Of a DNA stretch of 64,000 bases, positions 52,216-62,948 are shown piece by piece (positions within the stretch are counted from its first letter, which is position 1; each line of letters begins with the position of its first letter). The notes beneath the pieces are model-generated. The model had not been told where the DNA came from and made no database searches. It was given only the letters and a program-made list of their open reading frames with translations. Source of the DNA: an uncultured Ruminococcus sp. (GTDB lineage: Bacteria > Bacillota > Clostridia > Oscillospirales > Acutalibacteraceae); NCBI GenBank assembly GCA_902771755.1, contig CACXYD010000002.1, forward strand, positions 912 through 64,911. The letters run 5' to 3'. Position numbers and translations under genes: made by a program.

Positions 52216-53220
52216 ATGCAGATCTTTGGTTTTCTTGGAAGTTTGCTCGGCTATGTGCTGTGGGGAGCTTTCTATCTACTTAAAGATTTCGGACTGTCAA
52301 TTATCGTCTTTACAATTATTGTAAGACTTTGTATGTTTCCTTTTACAATCAAACAGCAAAAATCAATGGCAGGTACCGCAAGACTTTCCAAAAAGCAAAA
52401 GGAAATTCAGGAAAAATATAAAAACAACAGACAAAAGGCACAGGAAGAGATGGCAAAGCTCTATGAAAAAGAGGGTGTTAAGCCGACAGGCGGCTGTCTT
52501 ACAATGCTCATCCCGTTCCTTGTTCTCTTCGGAGTATTCTATGCTGTCGCATATCCACTTACAAACACACTTCACATCGACAGCGCAAAGGTAACCGAAG
52601 CTCTTAACTATGTAAATACAATTCCGGGTTACACAGCGGCATCGGGCGCAACCAATGCCACATACCAGGAAATTTATTTTTTGAAGGATTTCAGCTGTTT
52701 CCAGAATATTGACGCTATTCAGCAGATTTTCAATGCCGACCAGCTCAATACAATTACTATGTTTGAAAAGGGATTTAATACATTCGGTATGAACCTTTTC
52801 GCAATTCCGCAGGACTACGGCATCTGGAGTCCGATGATTCTTTTCCCTGTAATCTGTTTTGCATCAAATGTGCTTACACAGTTCATTACAATGAGAATCA
52901 ACGGAAAGAACAATCCTATGCAGCAACAGCAGGGCTGTATGAAGGTTATGATGTACGCAATGCCGCTTTTCTCGGCATATATCGCATACATCGTTCCGTC
53001 AGCCGTTGCATTCTACTGGATTGTATCTTCACTTGTAAGCCTTGTTCAGTCGGTTATCGTGGGCAAGCTTTTCAGTCCGCAGAGAATGACAGCAACATCC
53101 GAGGCAAGACATGCCGCTCTTATGTTTGAGCAGGAGGCTCTTGTTCAGTATAACTATGTTCCGCACGGTCTTTCCGAAAGTGCAGAAGAAAATACAAAAT
53201 CCAAAAAGAAAAAGAAGTAG
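52216..53220 (+). CDS. yidC: YidC/Oxa1 insertase
   Basis: FTIIVRL..P, GGCL, AFYWIVS; conserved position. Confidence 0.92.
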   Translation: MQIFGFLGSLLGYVLWGAFYLLKDFGLSIIVFTIIVRLCMFPFTIKQQKSMAGTARLSKKQKEIQEKYKNNRQKAQEEMAKLYEKEGVKPTGGCLTMLIPFLVLFGVFYAVAYPLTNTLHIDSAKVTEALNYVNTIPGYTAASGATNATYQEIYFLKDFSCFQNIDAIQQIFNADQLNTITMFEKGFNTFGMNLFAIPQDYGIWSPMILFPVICFASNVLTQFITMRINGKNNPMQQQQGCMKVMMYAMPLFSAYIAYIVPSAVAFYWIVSSLVSLVQSVIVGKLFSPQRMTATSEARHAALMFEQEALVQYNYVPHGLSESAEENTKSKKKKK

Positions 53221-53242
53221 AAGTTTGAAATCAGGTGATATT

Positions 53243-54034
53243 GTGATTAAAGAAGCTATCGGCGTTGGCGATAACGAAGTTGACGCATTGAACGATGCAA
53301 AAAAGCAGCTTGGTCTTGACGAAACCGCAGAGGTTGAGTTTGAGGTTATCCAGAGAGCTGAAAAGAAGAAATTCGGTCTTTTCGGCGGTCAGCCTGCAAA
53401 GGTTAAGGTTACTCTCAAAGAAACTCCTGCTGAAAAGGCAGAGCAGTTTTTAAGAGATGTTCTCGATAACATGAAGCTTGAAAGCGTTCAGATAGAGAAA
53501 AAAGAGATTGAAGGCGGTATTGAATTCAATCTTTCAGGCGAGGATGTCGGTTTTGTAATCGGCAGAAGAGGCGAAACTCTTGATTCACTCCAGTACCTTA
53601 CAAGTCTTGTTGCCAACCACACAGACAACAGCTATTTCAAGGTAACTATCGACACAGGCAACTACAGAGAAAAGAGAGAAAAAACTCTTGAAATTCTCGG
53701 CAGAAAGCTTGCTTTCAAGGCTGTTAAAACAGGCAGAAAGACAAATCTTGAGCCTATGAATCCTTATGAAAGAAGAATTATTCACACTTCTGTTCAGAAG
53801 GTAAACGGTGCTATTTCATGGAGCGAAGGCGAAAACGCAAACCGCCATGTTGTTATCGGTCCTGATCCAAAGGCAAAGCCCGTTCGCAGAAACGGCGGTT
53901 ATAACAACAGAGGCAGAGGCGGCAGACGCCCATACAGCGCAAACCGTTCCGAGCATAACACTCCCGCAAATCCTGACAGAAAGCCCCTTAACGAGGGCGG
54001 TGCAACAGGCCTTTACGGAAGAATAGACAAATAA
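53243..54034 (+). CDS. jag: Jag/KhpB RNA-binding protein
   Basis: KKFGLFG, IGRRGETLDSLQYL (KH), PMNPYERRIIH (R3H); GTG start. Confidence 0.93.
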   Translation: MIKEAIGVGDNEVDALNDAKKQLGLDETAEVEFEVIQRAEKKKFGLFGGQPAKVKVTLKETPAEKAEQFLRDVLDNMKLESVQIEKKEIEGGIEFNLSGEDVGFVIGRRGETLDSLQYLTSLVANHTDNSYFKVTIDTGNYREKREKTLEILGRKLAFKAVKTGRKTNLEPMNPYERRIIHTSVQKVNGAISWSEGENANRHVVIGPDPKAKPVRRNGGYNNRGRGGRRPYSANRSEHNTPANPDRKPLNEGGATGLYGRIDK

Positions 54035-54076
54035 TTACAGGGCGGTTTTTAACCGCCCTTTTTTCTTGGTGATTTT

Positions 54077-55444
54077 ATGAATTACGATACAGTTGCCGCA
54101 ATAAGTACCGCTCAGGGCGAGGGTGGTATAGGCGTTATTAGAATTTCGGGTGACAACGCACTTCAAATTGCCGACAAAATTTTTAACTCCGTTTCGGGCA
54201 AAAAGATTACGGAGATGAAAGGTTACACGGCATCATTCGGAAAAATTTCAGAAAACGGTGAGGACATTGACGAGGCGGTTGCACTTGTTTTTAAAGCACC
54301 GCACAGCTATACGGGTGAAGATGTTGTAGAGCTTTCATGCCACGGCGGACTCTACATTACAAAGCGGGTTTTGCGTGCGGTTCTCAATGCCGGTGCGGCT
54401 CCTGCTCAGGCAGGCGAATTTACAAAACGAGCATTTCTAAACGGTAAAATTGACCTTACCGAAGCCGAGGCTGTTATTGACATTATCAGCGCCAAAAGCA
54501 GAGGTGCGGCAAGGGCGGCTCTTTGCGTAAAAGAGGGTGCATTGCGTAAGAAAATTGACGGTGTAAAAAATGACCTTCTCTCACAGGCGGCTCATCTTTC
54601 TGCATGGGCGGATTATCCCGAGGAAGATATTGCCGAGGTTACGGTTGATTCTGTAATTGAAACCTGTGACAATGCAATCAAGTGTTTGCAGTCATTGCTT
54701 GACAGTTACGACTGCGGTCAGGCGGTTAAAAAAGGTATTGATACCGTAATTGCCGGCAGACCGAATGTAGGCAAAAGCACACTCATGAACCTGCTTTCGG
54801 GTTACGAAAAGAGCATTGTTACCGACATTCCGGGTACTACAAGAGATATTGTAGAAGACACGGTAACTGTGGGCGATGTTGTTTTGAACCTCAGCGATAC
54901 TGCCGGTCTTCGTGATACCGAGGACACGGTTGAAAAAATCGGTGTTGACAGGGCGAGAAAAAGACTTGAACAATGCGGTCTTTTGCTTGCTGTTTTTGAT
55001 AACAGCAGAGAACTTGACGAGGACGATTACGCACTTATTGAGTCTGCAAAGCTTGTGCCTTCAATTGCAGTAATTAATAAGACTGATCTTGATAATAAAC
55101 TTGATATAGATTATATCAGTAAAAATATAAAATATATAGTATATATATCTGCAATTAACGGTGACGGCAGAGATGAATTAACAAAGGCTGTTGAAAAAAT
55201 TGCAGGAACACAGAGTTTTAACCCGAGTGAGGGTGTTCTCTCAAACGAAAGACAGAGAATTGCCGTTAAAAACGCACTTAATTCGGTTGTTGAGGCAAAG
55301 GATGCACTTGAATTCGGTATGACATTTGATGCGGTAACCGTTTCGATTGAGGATGCAATTTCGCAGTTGCTTGAATTAACGGGCGAGAGAACAAGTGATG
55401 AGGTTGTGGACAGGGTATTCCACAACTTCTGCGTAGGAAAATAG
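54077..55444 (+). CDS. mnmE: tRNA modification GTPase
   Basis: SYTGED, GEFTKRAFLNGK, GRPNVGKS, GTTRD, FCVGK. Confidence 0.97.
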   Translation: MNYDTVAAISTAQGEGGIGVIRISGDNALQIADKIFNSVSGKKITEMKGYTASFGKISENGEDIDEAVALVFKAPHSYTGEDVVELSCHGGLYITKRVLRAVLNAGAAPAQAGEFTKRAFLNGKIDLTEAEAVIDIISAKSRGAARAALCVKEGALRKKIDGVKNDLLSQAAHLSAWADYPEEDIAEVTVDSVIETCDNAIKCLQSLLDSYDCGQAVKKGIDTVIAGRPNVGKSTLMNLLSGYEKSIVTDIPGTTRDIVEDTVTVGDVVLNLSDTAGLRDTEDTVEKIGVDRARKRLEQCGLLLAVFDNSRELDEDDYALIESAKLVPSIAVINKTDLDNKLDIDYISKNIKYIVYISAINGDGRDELTKAVEKIAGTQSFNPSEGVLSNERQRIAVKNALNSVVEAKDALEFGMTFDAVTVSIEDAISQLLELTGERTSDEVVDRVFHNFCVGK

Positions 55445-55452
55445 GTGATATT

Positions 55453-57327
55453 ATGAATTATTTTGCGGGTGAATATGATGTTGCAGTAGTCGGTGCAGGT
55501 CACGCAGGAATTGAGGCGGCTCTTGCGGCTGCAAGGCTCGGCTGTAAAACTGCAATGTTTACCATAAATATGGATGCGGTTGGAAACTGTCCTTGCAATC
55601 CGTCAATCGGCGGAACTGCAAAGGGACACCTTGTCCGTGAGATTGACGCACTCGGCGGTGAAATGGGTAAGACTGCTGACGAATGTTTTTTGCAGTCCAG
55701 AATGCTTAACAGGGGAAAAGGACCTGCTGTTCATTCACTCAGAGCGCAGATTGACAGAAGAAAATATTCTTCCGTTATGAAACATAAAATTGAGTTACAG
55801 AAAAATCTCGACCTCCGTCAAGCTGAAATTACTGATATTGAAAAGGTTGACGGCGGTTATAATCTTACCACAAGAATGCTTGCCGTATTCAAATGCAAAA
55901 CGGTTATCATTGCAACGGGTACATACCTAGGTGGTAGAATTTTTGTCGGTGAGGTTTCGTATGAAAGCGGTCCTGACGGAATTTTTCCTGCCGCATTTCT
56001 CGGTGCAAGCCTTAAAAAACTCGGTTTGCCTTTGAGAAGATTCAAGACGGGTACACCGGCAAGAGTTCTGAAAAGTTCAATTGATTTTTCTGAACTCGAG
56101 GTTCAGAAGGGCGATGAACCGCCACAGCCGTTCTCTTATGAAACTGAGAATCTCGGTGAAAACAAGGTTGAGTGTCACATCAGCTGGACAAATGATGAAA
56201 CAAAGCAGATTATTCTTGAAAACATCCACCGTTCACCGCTTTATGCGGGCAAGATTGAGGGTGTAGGCCCTCGTTATTGCCCAAGCTTTGAAGATAAGAT
56301 TATGCGTTTCAAGGATAAGCCACGACATCAGCTTTTCATTGAACCGTGTGGACTTGATACCGAGGAAATGTATCTTCAGGGAATGAGTTCGTCACTTCCC
56401 GAAGAAGTTCAGCTTAAATTCTATCACACAATCAAAGGTCTTGAACATTGCCTTATTATGCGACCTGCTTATGCAATTGAATACGATTGCGTTGATCCGC
56501 TTGCGATGAACCCAACACTTGAATTTAAAGATTTTGAAGGCTTGTTTGGTGCAGGTCAGTTCAACGGTTCTTCGGGTTATGAGGAGGCGGCGGCTCAAGG
56601 ACTTGTTGCCGGAATCAATGCCGCAATGAAAGTTCTCGGCAGAGAGCCTGTTATATTTGACCGTTCGGAAAGTTATATCGGCACACTTGTTGACGACCTT
56701 GTTACAAAGGGTGCAAACGAGCCATACAGAATGATGACTTCAAGAAGTGAGTACAGACTTGTACTTCGTCAGGATAATGCCGATGAAAGACTTACTCCTC
56801 TTGGTCATAAGATTGGTCTTATCAGCGATGAAAGATACGCAAAGTATCTTAAAAAACAGGAACTAAAAAAAGAAGAACTTAAAAGGCTTAAAAGTACGGT
56901 GATTTCACCTACTGATGAGGTAAACAAGATACTTGTTTCACGTGAAACATCTGAAATTACTTCGGGTGTAAGACTTATTGACCTTATGAAAAGACCTCAG
57001 CTTGGCTACGATGCATTAAAGAGTGTTGACACAACAAGACCTGACCTTGATCCGAATATCTTTGAACAGGTTGAAATTGAAATTAAGTATGAGGGCTACA
57101 TTCAAAAACAACTCAAACAGGTTGAGCAGATGAAAAAGCTTGAAGTTAAGCAGTTGCCAAAGGACTTTGATTACAACGAAATTGAAGGACTTCGCCTTGA
57201 GGCAAGGGAAAAGCTTAACAAGATTAAACCGCTCAATATCGGACAGGCATCAAGAATTTCGGGTGTATCTCCTGCGGATATCAGCGTACTTCTTATCTGG
57301 CTTGCTCAAAACAACAGGAGGCAGTAA
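55453..57327 (+). CDS. mnmG: tRNA uridine 5-carboxymethylaminomethyl modification enzyme
   Basis: GAGHAG, CNPSIGG, GPRYCPS, GYEEAAAQG. Confidence 0.97.
   Translation: MNYFAGEYDVAVVGAGHAGIEAALAAARLGCKTAMFTINMDAVGNCPCNPSIGGTAKGHLVREIDALGGEMGKTADECFLQSRMLNRGKGPAVHSLRAQIDRRKYSSVMKHKIELQKNLDLRQAEITDIEKVDGGYNLTTRMLAVFKCKTVIIATGTYLGGRIFVGEVSYESGPDGIFPAAFLGASLKKLGLPLRRFKTGTPARVLKSSIDFSELEVQKGDEPPQPFSYETENLGENKVECHISWTNDETKQIILENIHRSPLYAGKIEGVGPRYCPSFEDKIMRFKDKPRHQLFIEPCGLDTEEMYLQGMSSSLPEEVQLKFYHTIKGLEHCLIMRPAYAIEYDCVDPLAMNPTLEFKDFEGLFGAGQFNGSSGYEEAAAQGLVAGINAAMKVLGREPVIFDRSESYIGTLVDDLVTKGANEPYRMMTSRSEYRLVLRQDNADERLTPLGHKIGLISDERYAKYLKKQELKKEELKRLKSTVISPTDEVNKILVSRETSEITSGVRLIDLMKRPQLGYDALKSVDTTRPDLDPNIFEQVEIEIKYEGYIQKQLKQVEQMKKLEVKQLPKDFDYNEIEGLRLEAREKLNKIKPLNIGQASRISGVSPADISVLLIWLAQNNRRQ
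56934..56949. promoter_or_regulatory. parS site within mnmG
   Basis: Perfect palindrome TGTTTCACGTGAAACA. Confidence 0.9.
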
Positions 57328-58040
57328 TGGCAATTAAAGATACTCTTACTACCGTAACTGATGGTTTTAAAACCAAGCTTGACGATGAAATGCTCCAAAG
57401 GTTTGAAACCTACTTCAAATTGCTTGTTGAGTGGAACGAAAAGATGAACCTTACTGCAATAACCGATGAACACGGTGTTGCAGTCAAGCATTTTGCCGAC
57501 AGCCTTACACTTTACAACTTTGTTGATGTAAAGAAGAATGCAAGCGTTATTGATGTGGGAACGGGTGCAGGTTTTCCGGGTGTTGTGCTGAAAATTGCAA
57601 GACCTGATATTAATCTGACACTTTTAGACAGCCTTAACAAAAGACTTACATTTCTCGACGCAGTTCTTAACGATACAGGACTTGACGCTGAACTTGTTCA
57701 CAGCAGGGCAGAGGAGGGCAGTAAAAATAAACTTTATCGTGAGAAGTTTGATTTTGCCGTATCGAGAGCAGTTGCTAGGCTTAATGTTCTCTGCGAATAC
57801 TGCTTGCCGTATGTCAAGGTTGGCGGTTCATTTATTGCAATGAAAGGACCGAATGCCGATGAAGAACTTGACGAAGCAGAAAATGCCCTGAAATTACTCG
57901 GGGGAAAGGTTGAAAAGGTTCATAAGTTCAATCTTCCGTGTGACGAGGGCGAGCGTACAATCATTGTAATCAAAAAGGTAAAACCCACACCAAAACAATA
58001 TCCGAGAATTTCGGGCAAAATAAAGTCACAACCGTTGTGA
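57327..58040 (+). CDS. rsmG: 16S rRNA m7G methyltransferase
   Basis: WNEKMNLT, HFADS, DVGTGAGFPG, SRAVA. Confidence 0.96.
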   Translation: MAIKDTLTTVTDGFKTKLDDEMLQRFETYFKLLVEWNEKMNLTAITDEHGVAVKHFADSLTLYNFVDVKKNASVIDVGTGAGFPGVVLKIARPDINLTLLDSLNKRLTFLDAVLNDTGLDAELVHSRAEEGSKNKLYREKFDFAVSRAVARLNVLCEYCLPYVKVGGSFIAMKGPNADEELDEAENALKLLGGKVEKVHKFNLPCDEGERTIIVIKKVKPTPKQYPRISGKIKSQPL

Positions 58041-58200
58041 TAAATATCGACAGCTTTTTTGATAAATTACCATTTTGTGGTAAAACTTCTTAAAAAAGTT
58101 GCTCACAAAGCGACAACAACCGCACCGTGTCTATGTTATTATAATAGCACAGGGACAACCCCTGATGCTAACGAACATTGAGGCGATGCGGTTGAATTTT

Positions 58201-59022
58201 ATGCTCAAAAACGATAACAAAGTTTTAGAGATTCCGATTATTAAAATCAGACCGAACAAAGCACAACCACGCAAAACCTTTGATGAAACCGAACTTGCCG
58301 CTCTCTCCGCATCAATCAGCGAAAACGGTATCTTGCAGCCGTTGTCGGTGAGAAAAATCTCGGCTACGGAGTATGAACTTGTGGCAGGTGAGCGCCGCCT
58401 TAGGGCATCGGTTTTGGCAGGATTGCGAAAGGTGCCGTGCATCGTTTTAAAGTGTTCAGAAAAAGAGTCAGCCATTTATGCTCTCCTTGAAAATCTCCAG
58501 CGAAGCGACCTCGGTATATTCGAGGAAGCTCGCGGGATTTCAAAGCTGATCAGGCGCTACGGTCTTACCCAAGAGGAAGCAGCGAACCGACTGGGTAAGA
58601 GTCAATCCACAATTGCAAACAAGCTAAGACTTCTTCGCCTTACATATGAGGAGCAGGAGTGGATTGTAAACGCAGGATTGAGTGAAAGACACGCAAGGGC
58701 TCTTTTGAGAATTGAAGATGACGCTTTAAGGCACGAGGCTCTGTCAAAAATAATTTCGGAGAATCTCAACACAAGTCAGACTGATGAACTCGTCAGCATT
58801 TTAATTAATTCCGTACCAAAAACAACAAAATCCAAAGGTACAAGCAAAGCGGTGATAAAAGACTTACGAATTTTTCTTAACACAATCAACAAGGCTATTG
58901 ATACAATGCGTCTTGCAGGAATCGACGCACAATCAGACAAAAAAGACACAGACAATTTTATTGAATACACAATACGGATTCCTAAAAGACATCAAAAGCC
59001 TGATGCAGAAAAAACTGCTTAA
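58201..59022 (+). CDS. noc: ParB-like nucleoid occlusion protein
   Basis: QPRK, GILQP, AGERRLRA, ENLQR; C-terminal IFLNTINKAIDTMRLAGI; position between rsmG and parA. Confidence 0.82.
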   Translation: MLKNDNKVLEIPIIKIRPNKAQPRKTFDETELAALSASISENGILQPLSVRKISATEYELVAGERRLRASVLAGLRKVPCIVLKCSEKESAIYALLENLQRSDLGIFEEARGISKLIRRYGLTQEEAANRLGKSQSTIANKLRLLRLTYEEQEWIVNAGLSERHARALLRIEDDALRHEALSKIISENLNTSQTDELVSILINSVPKTTKSKGTSKAVIKDLRIFLNTINKAIDTMRLAGIDAQSDKKDTDNFIEYTIRIPKRHQKPDAEKTA

Positions 59023-59087
59023 TTCACTTTCCAGAGGATGCGAAAGCATCCGTTCCACTCATACCCATTTCCTTATCTAAACCCCTT

Positions 59088-59121
59088 GCAAAAAGTCGCA
59101 CAGCAATGTGCGGCTTTTTGC
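59088..59121 (+). terminator. Terminator after noc
   Basis: GCAAAAAGTCGCAC/GTGCGGCTTTTTGC stem. Confidence 0.7.
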
Positions 59122-59178
59122 GTTGTGATAGTTTTGCTTTATGAAAAGTTTTTATAAGATTATAGTTATGTATTGTCT

Positions 59179-59723
59179 GTAGCGCGAACCGTGTTCGCCA
59201 ATTATTTCGTGTGTAAACACGAAATGAGTAAAAGTGACTTAATAACTAAAATGTTTCACGTGAAACATTTTTAATTTTTATTAGATTGCGTAGTTAAGTT
59301 TAAATAAGAGTTGTTAAAAGTATTGTAGGGGAGAACCGTGTTCTCCCGCAAATAATAAACGGGATTTTATGTTATATGTGATTATGTAAATGCCACAAAT
59401 TAGTAGGGGCGGTCATCGGCCGCCCGCTTTGATGAATTTCTATGTTCGCATACATATGTTTTGATATAGTGAAAACTGTGTATTCAAATTTGAACGCTTT
59501 GCGTTCAATCGTATGAAAACGCATATGGGCGGGCGAACGAGGTTCGCCCCTACATTATAACAACAACATTGTGTTATTTATAAATTTACAGAGAATCATA
59601 AAATTTCAACCATTACTTGCGGGCGGATAATATCCGCCCCTACGAAAATTATATTCATTTCATTAGTTTGTTTTGTGATAAAATTTCTGCTGTTGCCGGC
59701 GGGCGGCCGATGACCGCCCCTAC
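59179..59723. repeat. GTAG REP-like hairpin array 3
   Basis: Units at 59179(+), 59325(+), 59403(+), 59529(-), 59619(-), 59699(-). Confidence 0.87.
59252..59267. promoter_or_regulatory. parS site
   Basis: TGTTTCACGTGAAACA. Confidence 0.92.
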
Positions 59724-59735
59724 AAAATAACAAAT

Positions 59736-59751
59736 TGTTTCACGTGAAACA
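59736..59751. promoter_or_regulatory. parS site
   Basis: TGTTTCACGTGAAACA upstream of parA. Confidence 0.92.
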
Positions 59752-59887
59752 ATTGTTTTTGATTAAGAAAAAAAGTTGCCGTAAATCCCAAAAAATCTTT
59801 AAAATCGCTTTAAAAACACCGTACTGTATGGTATAATTTATTGCAGAAGATATTTTAAGTCATAAAAACAAAAGACAAGGTGATTTT

Positions 59888-60655
59888 TTGGCAAAAATAA
59901 TTGCAATATCAAACCAAAAGGGAGGTGTGGGAAAAACCACAACTTCCGTTAATCTTGCGGCTTGTCTGGGAAAAATGGGCAAGAAAACACTACTTGTTGA
60001 CGCCGATCCGCAGGGAAATGCCACAAGCGGTGTTGCCATTGATAAGAGCAAAGTTAAGTTTTCAACTTACTCAATTCTTGTTGACGGTGCAAAAGCCGAA
60101 CAATGTGTTCTTACAACTCCGTATGACAATCTGCATATTCTTCCGTCAAGCCTTGATTTGGCTGCCGCAGAGCTTGAAATTGCGGAAAAACCGCACAGAG
60201 AGGCGCTTTTGAAGAATGCTTTGCTTCCGATAAAGCAGTATTATGATTACATAATCATCGACTGTCCGCCGTCACTCGGACTTATCACGGCAAATGCTTT
60301 GACGGTTGCCGACACATTCCTTGTGCCGATTCAATGCGAATATTACGCACTTGAGGGACTGTCGCAACTTATCAACACGGTTAGAAGAATAAAAAGACAG
60401 TACAACGAGTCAATTGAAATCGAAGGCGTTCTGCTTACAATGTATGACGGACGACTTAATCTTACACAACAGGTAGTAGATGAAGTGAAAAAATTCTTCC
60501 CACGAAAGGTATTCAAAACCGTTATTCCGAGGGGAGTAAGACTTTCCGAAGCACCGAGCTTTGGTATGCCTGTTATCTACTATGACAAATCCTGCAAGGG
60601 CAGTCAGGCATATACGGCTCTTGCCGAGGAAATAGTCGGAAAGGAGAGAGGCTGA
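59888..60655 (+). CDS. parA: ParA/Soj ATPase
   Basis: NQKGGVGKTT, DPQGNAT, DCPPSLG, QCEYYALEG, LSEAPSFG. Confidence 0.96.
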   Translation: MAKIIAISNQKGGVGKTTTSVNLAACLGKMGKKTLLVDADPQGNATSGVAIDKSKVKFSTYSILVDGAKAEQCVLTTPYDNLHILPSSLDLAAAELEIAEKPHREALLKNALLPIKQYYDYIIIDCPPSLGLITANALTVADTFLVPIQCEYYALEGLSQLINTVRRIKRQYNESIEIEGVLLTMYDGRLNLTQQVVDEVKKFFPRKVFKTVIPRGVRLSEAPSFGMPVIYYDKSCKGSQAYTALAEEIVGKERG

Positions 60656-60656
60656 T

Positions 60657-61505
60657 TTGTCAAAAAAACTCGGTGGTCTTGGAAAAGGCCTTAACGCAAT
60701 ATTTATAGAAAACGACTCCGAATCGGAGGGCGGAACAGTAACCCTCAAAATTTCGGAGATTGAACCGAACCGAACTCAGCCGAGAAAAGAATTTGACGAA
60801 CAGGCTTTGTCGGAGCTTGCTGAGAGTATTTCACAGCACGGACTTTTACAGCCGTTGCTTGTTCGCCCGCTCACACTCGGCGGTTATCAGATTGTGGCAG
60901 GCGAGAGAAGATACAGAGCAAGCCGTATGGCAGGTCTTACAGAAGTTCCTGTTATAATTAAGGAACTTACCGATACCGAAACAATGGAGATTGCTCTTAT
61001 CGAAAATCTTCAGCGTGAGGATTTAAGCCCTATTGAAGAGGCTCTCGGCTACAAGGCTCTTATTGATGAGCATGATTTTTCACAGGAAGAAGTTGCAAAG
61101 TCGGTAGGAAAATCCCGTCCGGCAGTTGCAAACGCATTAAGACTTCTTAAACTTCCCGATAACATAATGGAATATCTGAAAGACGGCAAAATTTCGGCAG
61201 GTCATGCAAGGGCATTGCTCACACTTGAAGATGAAGAACTTATGACGGAACTTGCAGATGAGATTATCGCAAAAGACCTTTCGGTAAGACAGGTTGAGAA
61301 AATCTGCAAGAAAAAGCCGACAGTTCAAAAAGAAGAAAAGCCTGAGAAAAAGCCGTCATTCTACAGCATGGTCGAACTTGCACTTTCTGAAAGTCTTGGA
61401 CGGAAAATCAGCGTTTCAAAGAGCAAAGGCAAGCAAGGCGGTGTTCTTCAGATTGAATTCTACTCGGACGAAGAACTTACAGAACTTTCAAACAAACTTA
61501 AATAA
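60657..61505 (+). CDS. parB: ParB/Spo0J
   Basis: GLGKGL, QPRKEF, AGERRYRA, ENLQREDL, HTH GKSRPAVAN. Confidence 0.96.
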   Translation: MSKKLGGLGKGLNAIFIENDSESEGGTVTLKISEIEPNRTQPRKEFDEQALSELAESISQHGLLQPLLVRPLTLGGYQIVAGERRYRASRMAGLTEVPVIIKELTDTETMEIALIENLQREDLSPIEEALGYKALIDEHDFSQEEVAKSVGKSRPAVANALRLLKLPDNIMEYLKDGKISAGHARALLTLEDEELMTELADEIIAKDLSVRQVEKICKKKPTVQKEEKPEKKPSFYSMVELALSESLGRKISVSKSKGKQGGVLQIEFYSDEELTELSNKLK

Positions 61506-61529
61506 CATTACATAAAGAGGTATTTTAAA

Positions 61530-62810
61530 ATGATAGATATTAAATTTTTAAGAGAAAATCCCGATGCAGTAAAAGAAAACATCAAGAAAAAGTTTCAGGA
61601 TCACAAACTTCCGCTTGTTGATCAGGTAATTGAACTTGACGAGCAGAGCAGAGCAGTTAAAAAGCAAGCTGACGAACTCCGTTCAAACAGAAACAAAATC
61701 TCAAAGCAGATTGGCGCTCTTATGGCTCAAGGCAAAAAAGAAGAGGGTATGGCTCTTAAAGAAGAAGTTACAAAGCAGGCAGAACAGCTTGCAGAGCTTG
61801 AAAAGAAAGAGGCAGACCTCTCTGCAAAGGTAACAGAGATTATGATGCAGATTCCTAACATCATTGATCCGTCTGTTCCGATTGGTAAGGATGACAGCCA
61901 GAATGTTGAAATTGAGAAGTTCGGCGATCCGTTTGTACCTGATTTTGAAATTCCTTATCACACAGAAATTATGGAAAAATTCAACGGCATTGACCTTGAC
62001 TCTGCAAGAAAGGTTGCAGGTAACGGTTTCTACTATCTTATGGGCGACATTGCAAGACTTCACAGCGCAGTAATCGCATATGCCCGTGACTTTATGATTA
62101 ACAGAGGTTTCACATACTGTGTACCGCCTTTCATGATCAGAAGTAATGTTGTAACAGGTGTTATGAGCTTTGCCGAGATGGATTCAATGATGTACAAGAT
62201 TGAGGGCGAGGACCTTTATCTTATCGGCACAAGTGAACATTCAATGATTGGTAAGTTCATCGACACAATCAACAAGGAAGAAAATCTTCCTTACACTCTC
62301 ACAAGCTATTCACCTTGTTTCAGAAAAGAAAAGGGCGCTCACGGCATTGAGGAGAGAGGCGTTTACAGAATTCATCAGTTTGAAAAGCAGGAAATGATTG
62401 TTGTTTGTAAGCCTGAGGACAGCAAAATGTGGTTTGACAAGCTTTGGCAGAACACAGTTGACCTTTTCCGTTCAATGGATATCCCTGTTCGTACACTCGA
62501 ATGTTGCTCAGGCGACCTTGCAGACCTCAAGGTTCGTTCACTTGATGTTGAGGCATGGTCACCTCGTCAGAAGAAGTATTTTGAAGTTGGTTCATGTTCA
62601 AACCTCGGTGACGCACAGGCTCGCCGTCTTAAAATCAGAGTTACAGGTGAGGGTGGCAAGAAATACTTTGCACATACTCTCAACAACACAGTTGTTGCTC
62701 CTCCGAGAATGCTCATCGCATTCCTCGAGAACAACCTCAACGAGGACGGCACAATCAGAATTCCTGAGGCTCTTCGTCCTTACATGGGCGGTATGGAAGT
62801 TATCAAATAA
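61530..62810 (+). CDS. serS: Serine--tRNA ligase
   Basis: N-terminal coiled coil, GTSE, CFRKE, HQFEKQE, SCSN, HTLNN. Confidence 0.97.
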   Translation: MIDIKFLRENPDAVKENIKKKFQDHKLPLVDQVIELDEQSRAVKKQADELRSNRNKISKQIGALMAQGKKEEGMALKEEVTKQAEQLAELEKKEADLSAKVTEIMMQIPNIIDPSVPIGKDDSQNVEIEKFGDPFVPDFEIPYHTEIMEKFNGIDLDSARKVAGNGFYYLMGDIARLHSAVIAYARDFMINRGFTYCVPPFMIRSNVVTGVMSFAEMDSMMYKIEGEDLYLIGTSEHSMIGKFIDTINKEENLPYTLTSYSPCFRKEKGAHGIEERGVYRIHQFEKQEMIVVCKPEDSKMWFDKLWQNTVDLFRSMDIPVRTLECCSGDLADLKVRSLDVEAWSPRQKKYFEVGSCSNLGDAQARRLKIRVTGEGGKKYFAHTLNNTVVAPPRMLIAFLENNLNEDGTIRIPEALRPYMGGMEVIK

Positions 62811-62871
62811 TCAACATACGGTGTTCACACAAAGTTCAGCAAACTATCGCAAACTTTAAAACAAAATTGTA

Positions 62872-62900
62872 TTGACAGTATACCATACAAATGGTATAAT
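62872..62900 (+). promoter_or_regulatory. SigA promoter
   Basis: TTGACA-17bp-TATAAT with extended TG. Confidence 0.85.
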
Positions 62901-62948
62901 TTACCTTGTTAAAAACCCTTAGATAGGGGTTAATGGAGGTTAATTATT

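Noticed and set aside
59179-59723. CRISPR array (spaced palindromic repeats, also at 38.5 and 42.5 kb)
   Set aside because: Repeats differ in sequence, switch orientation mid-array, have long AT-rich and partly homologous spacers, and no cas genes are present
61506-61529. T-box before serS
   Set aside because: Only 24 bp separate parB and serS; no T-box motif was seen here or before hisS
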